The position numbers and the translations under genes were made by a program. Below the pieces are notes generated by a model. The model was not told the origin of the DNA and did no database searches. It saw nothing but the letters and a program-made list of their open reading frames with translations. DNA of 61,076 bases, counting the filler. It is 6 parts of 6 records of this genome, joined end to end, with 100 filler letters (N's around TTAATTAATTAA, not from the genome) between each part and the next. Parts side by side here need not be neighbours in the genome. Positions count along the whole stretch, not along the records: positions 58,028 to 61,076 come from SRR20825010_4035; 5 more parts are not named here. The stretch is one strand, 5' to 3'. Positions 59,793-61,076 of the stretch are shown here, one piece after another. Positions within the stretch are counted from its first letter, which is position 1, and every line of letters starts with the position of its first letter.

Positions 59793-60752
59793 TTAGACCC
59801 GGGTCAGTCCGGCATGACCAATGCTGGCTTCGCGGTAAACCGATGGCGGCATGGAAATCAACCGTCTGAAATCGCGGGAGAAATGGGCATTGTCGGTAAA
59901 GCCACACCAAAAGCCGATTTCACCAACCGACAATCCGGTACCGTATAACAAACGGCATGCTTCACGTACGCGGACAAGGCGCAGCAAATCGGAAAAACGG
60001 GTATTGGCCTGTTGCAGGCGACGCTGCAATGTCCGGCCTGATGTCTCGAGCGCATTGGCGACTTCGTCAATGGTCCAGCTGCGCCCGACATCCTGTTCAA
60101 GGATCGTGCAAAGCTGCTGAACAATCGGGCGTTGCGCCCCGATCGGCGGGGCCGTTCCGGGCATATTGGCCAAGAACGGATAGGACGATGAAACCGGCTC
60201 AAAGCTGGTCCAGTTTATCCGGAAACGCAAACCACGCCCGGCAAAGTCCAGTTTGTTATTAATGCGATCATTGCGCACGACCCGAACCGATGGACCGTGG
60301 CTTGGCAAAATCGTGCCATCAATATTTTCGGCACCAACGGCTTCGAGCAAGCCAATCAGGAACCCCTGCAACAACAGATTTTCCACACGTGCGGGCGGCT
60401 GTCCACGCACAACACCGCGATGGATGGTCATGGATTTTCCCGTCACCGTAAAATCACTGCGTGCACGGGCATGGGAATAGCCTTCTAACCGGCGCCAGCG
60501 ATCCGCGATCATTTCCGGCGTTGCCGAATGGCGCAACATGGTCAGGATCGGTTCCTGTTCCTTGGCAGCAAGATGGCGTCCAAGGCGCACCAGAACGGCC
60601 GGGCCGTTGACCTTTTCAAGGGCAAGCATGATGCTGCGTAACTTGGCAGAGGTCACAACTGTCCCTGCCGGCACAAGGTCATAGCCCCGCGGCAGCCAAG
60701 CCAGTTGCCGGATCAGGGCAACATGCAATCCAAAAGAGACAAATTCCTGCAT
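59793..60752 (-). CDS. AraC family transcriptional regulator
   Basis: C-terminal WTIDEVA..L.TS.RTLQRRL...R...A..LL......EI.F.CGF.D.AHFSR.F; start uncertain. Confidence 0.9.
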   Translation of the reverse strand: MQEFVSFGLHVALIRQLAWLPRGYDLVPAGTVVTSAKLRSIMLALEKVNGPAVLVRLGRHLAAKEQEPILTMLRHSATPEMIADRWRRLEGYSHARARSDFTVTGKSMTIHRGVVRGQPPARVENLLLQGFLIGLLEAVGAENIDGTILPSHGPSVRVVRNDRINNKLDFAGRGLRFRINWTSFEPVSSSYPFLANMPGTAPPIGAQRPIVQQLCTILEQDVGRSWTIDEVANALETSGRTLQRRLQQANTRFSDLLRLVRVREACRLLYGTGLSVGEIGFWCGFTDNAHFSRDFRRLISMPPSVYREASIGHAGLTRV

Positions 60753-60966
60753 CAATACCCGCCAAAAATCAAATCGTGGCGCGATCATACAAATTATTAA
60801 CCAGACTGTCAGTGGACGATTCAAAATGTCACGAAGCTGTTACAATGAACCGATATCAAGCGGTAAAACCGTAATCAAGATGATGGGCGAAGATACCGGC
60901 CATTGCCCGAAATGCATCACCATGGCAGTCTGACATCCGGTTCAAAATCCAACGCGGATAATCAAA

Positions 60967-61076
60967 GTGATCAAGGTTCTTTTTGTCTGCACCGGCAATA
61001 TTTGTCGGTCCCCCACCGCTGATGGCGTGTTTCGTAAAATTGTTGATGCTGCCGGTCTTTCTGATCAGATCAGTGT
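60967..61076 (+). CDS. Low-molecular-weight protein-tyrosine phosphatase (5' part; absent from the ORF track)
   Basis: Hand translation from GTG 60967 gives [24 protein letters not shown], with the CX5R P-loop. Confidence 0.92.
   Translation, partial: MIKVLFVCTGNICRSPTADGVFRKIVDAAGLSDQIS

Noticed and set aside
1-61076. CRISPR arrays, rRNA/tRNA genes, transposases, integrases
   Set aside because: None recognised by eye; tRNAscan, Rfam and CRISPR scans were not run

Overview
The window is not one continuous locus. It is six contig fragments (1-27167, 27268-37285, 37386-43650, 43751-54007, 54108-57927, 58028-61076) joined by artificial 100-bp N/TTAATTAATTAA spacers. Gene content suggests different marine Proteobacteria. 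Tentatively, fragment 1 is Parvibaculum-like, fragment 3 Marinobacter-like, fragment 4 Kordiimonas-like and fragment 6 Thalassospira-like; this is recognition, not a database result. Most genes are ordinary metabolism and transport: speDE, a TonB-dependent receptor with piuC, kup, TRAP and ABC transporters, purD, motB, a penicillin acylase, and ectR-ectABC. Five things stand out. (1) An autotransporter whose passenger places 9 of its 11 lysines in Lys-Tyr dipeptides, flanked by three uncharacterised putative enzymes (GNAT-like, Cys-containing transglutaminase-like, TIGR03032/DUF4915); this is a candidate surface-protein modification system. (2) A SenA/EgtB-type synthase plus a stand-alone OvoA-type methyltransferase, matching the ovoselenol ovsA-ovsM arrangement. 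(3) A stand-alone Hen1-type RNA 2'-O-methyltransferase domain translationally coupled to a CPA2 antiporter, with no pnkp next to it. (4) A heavily structured ~200-nt leader upstream of speD. (5) An uncharacterised TcuA/ABC/FAH/ThDP catabolic cluster with two distinct GntR-type operators. No rRNA, tRNA, CRISPR array or intact mobile element was recognised.
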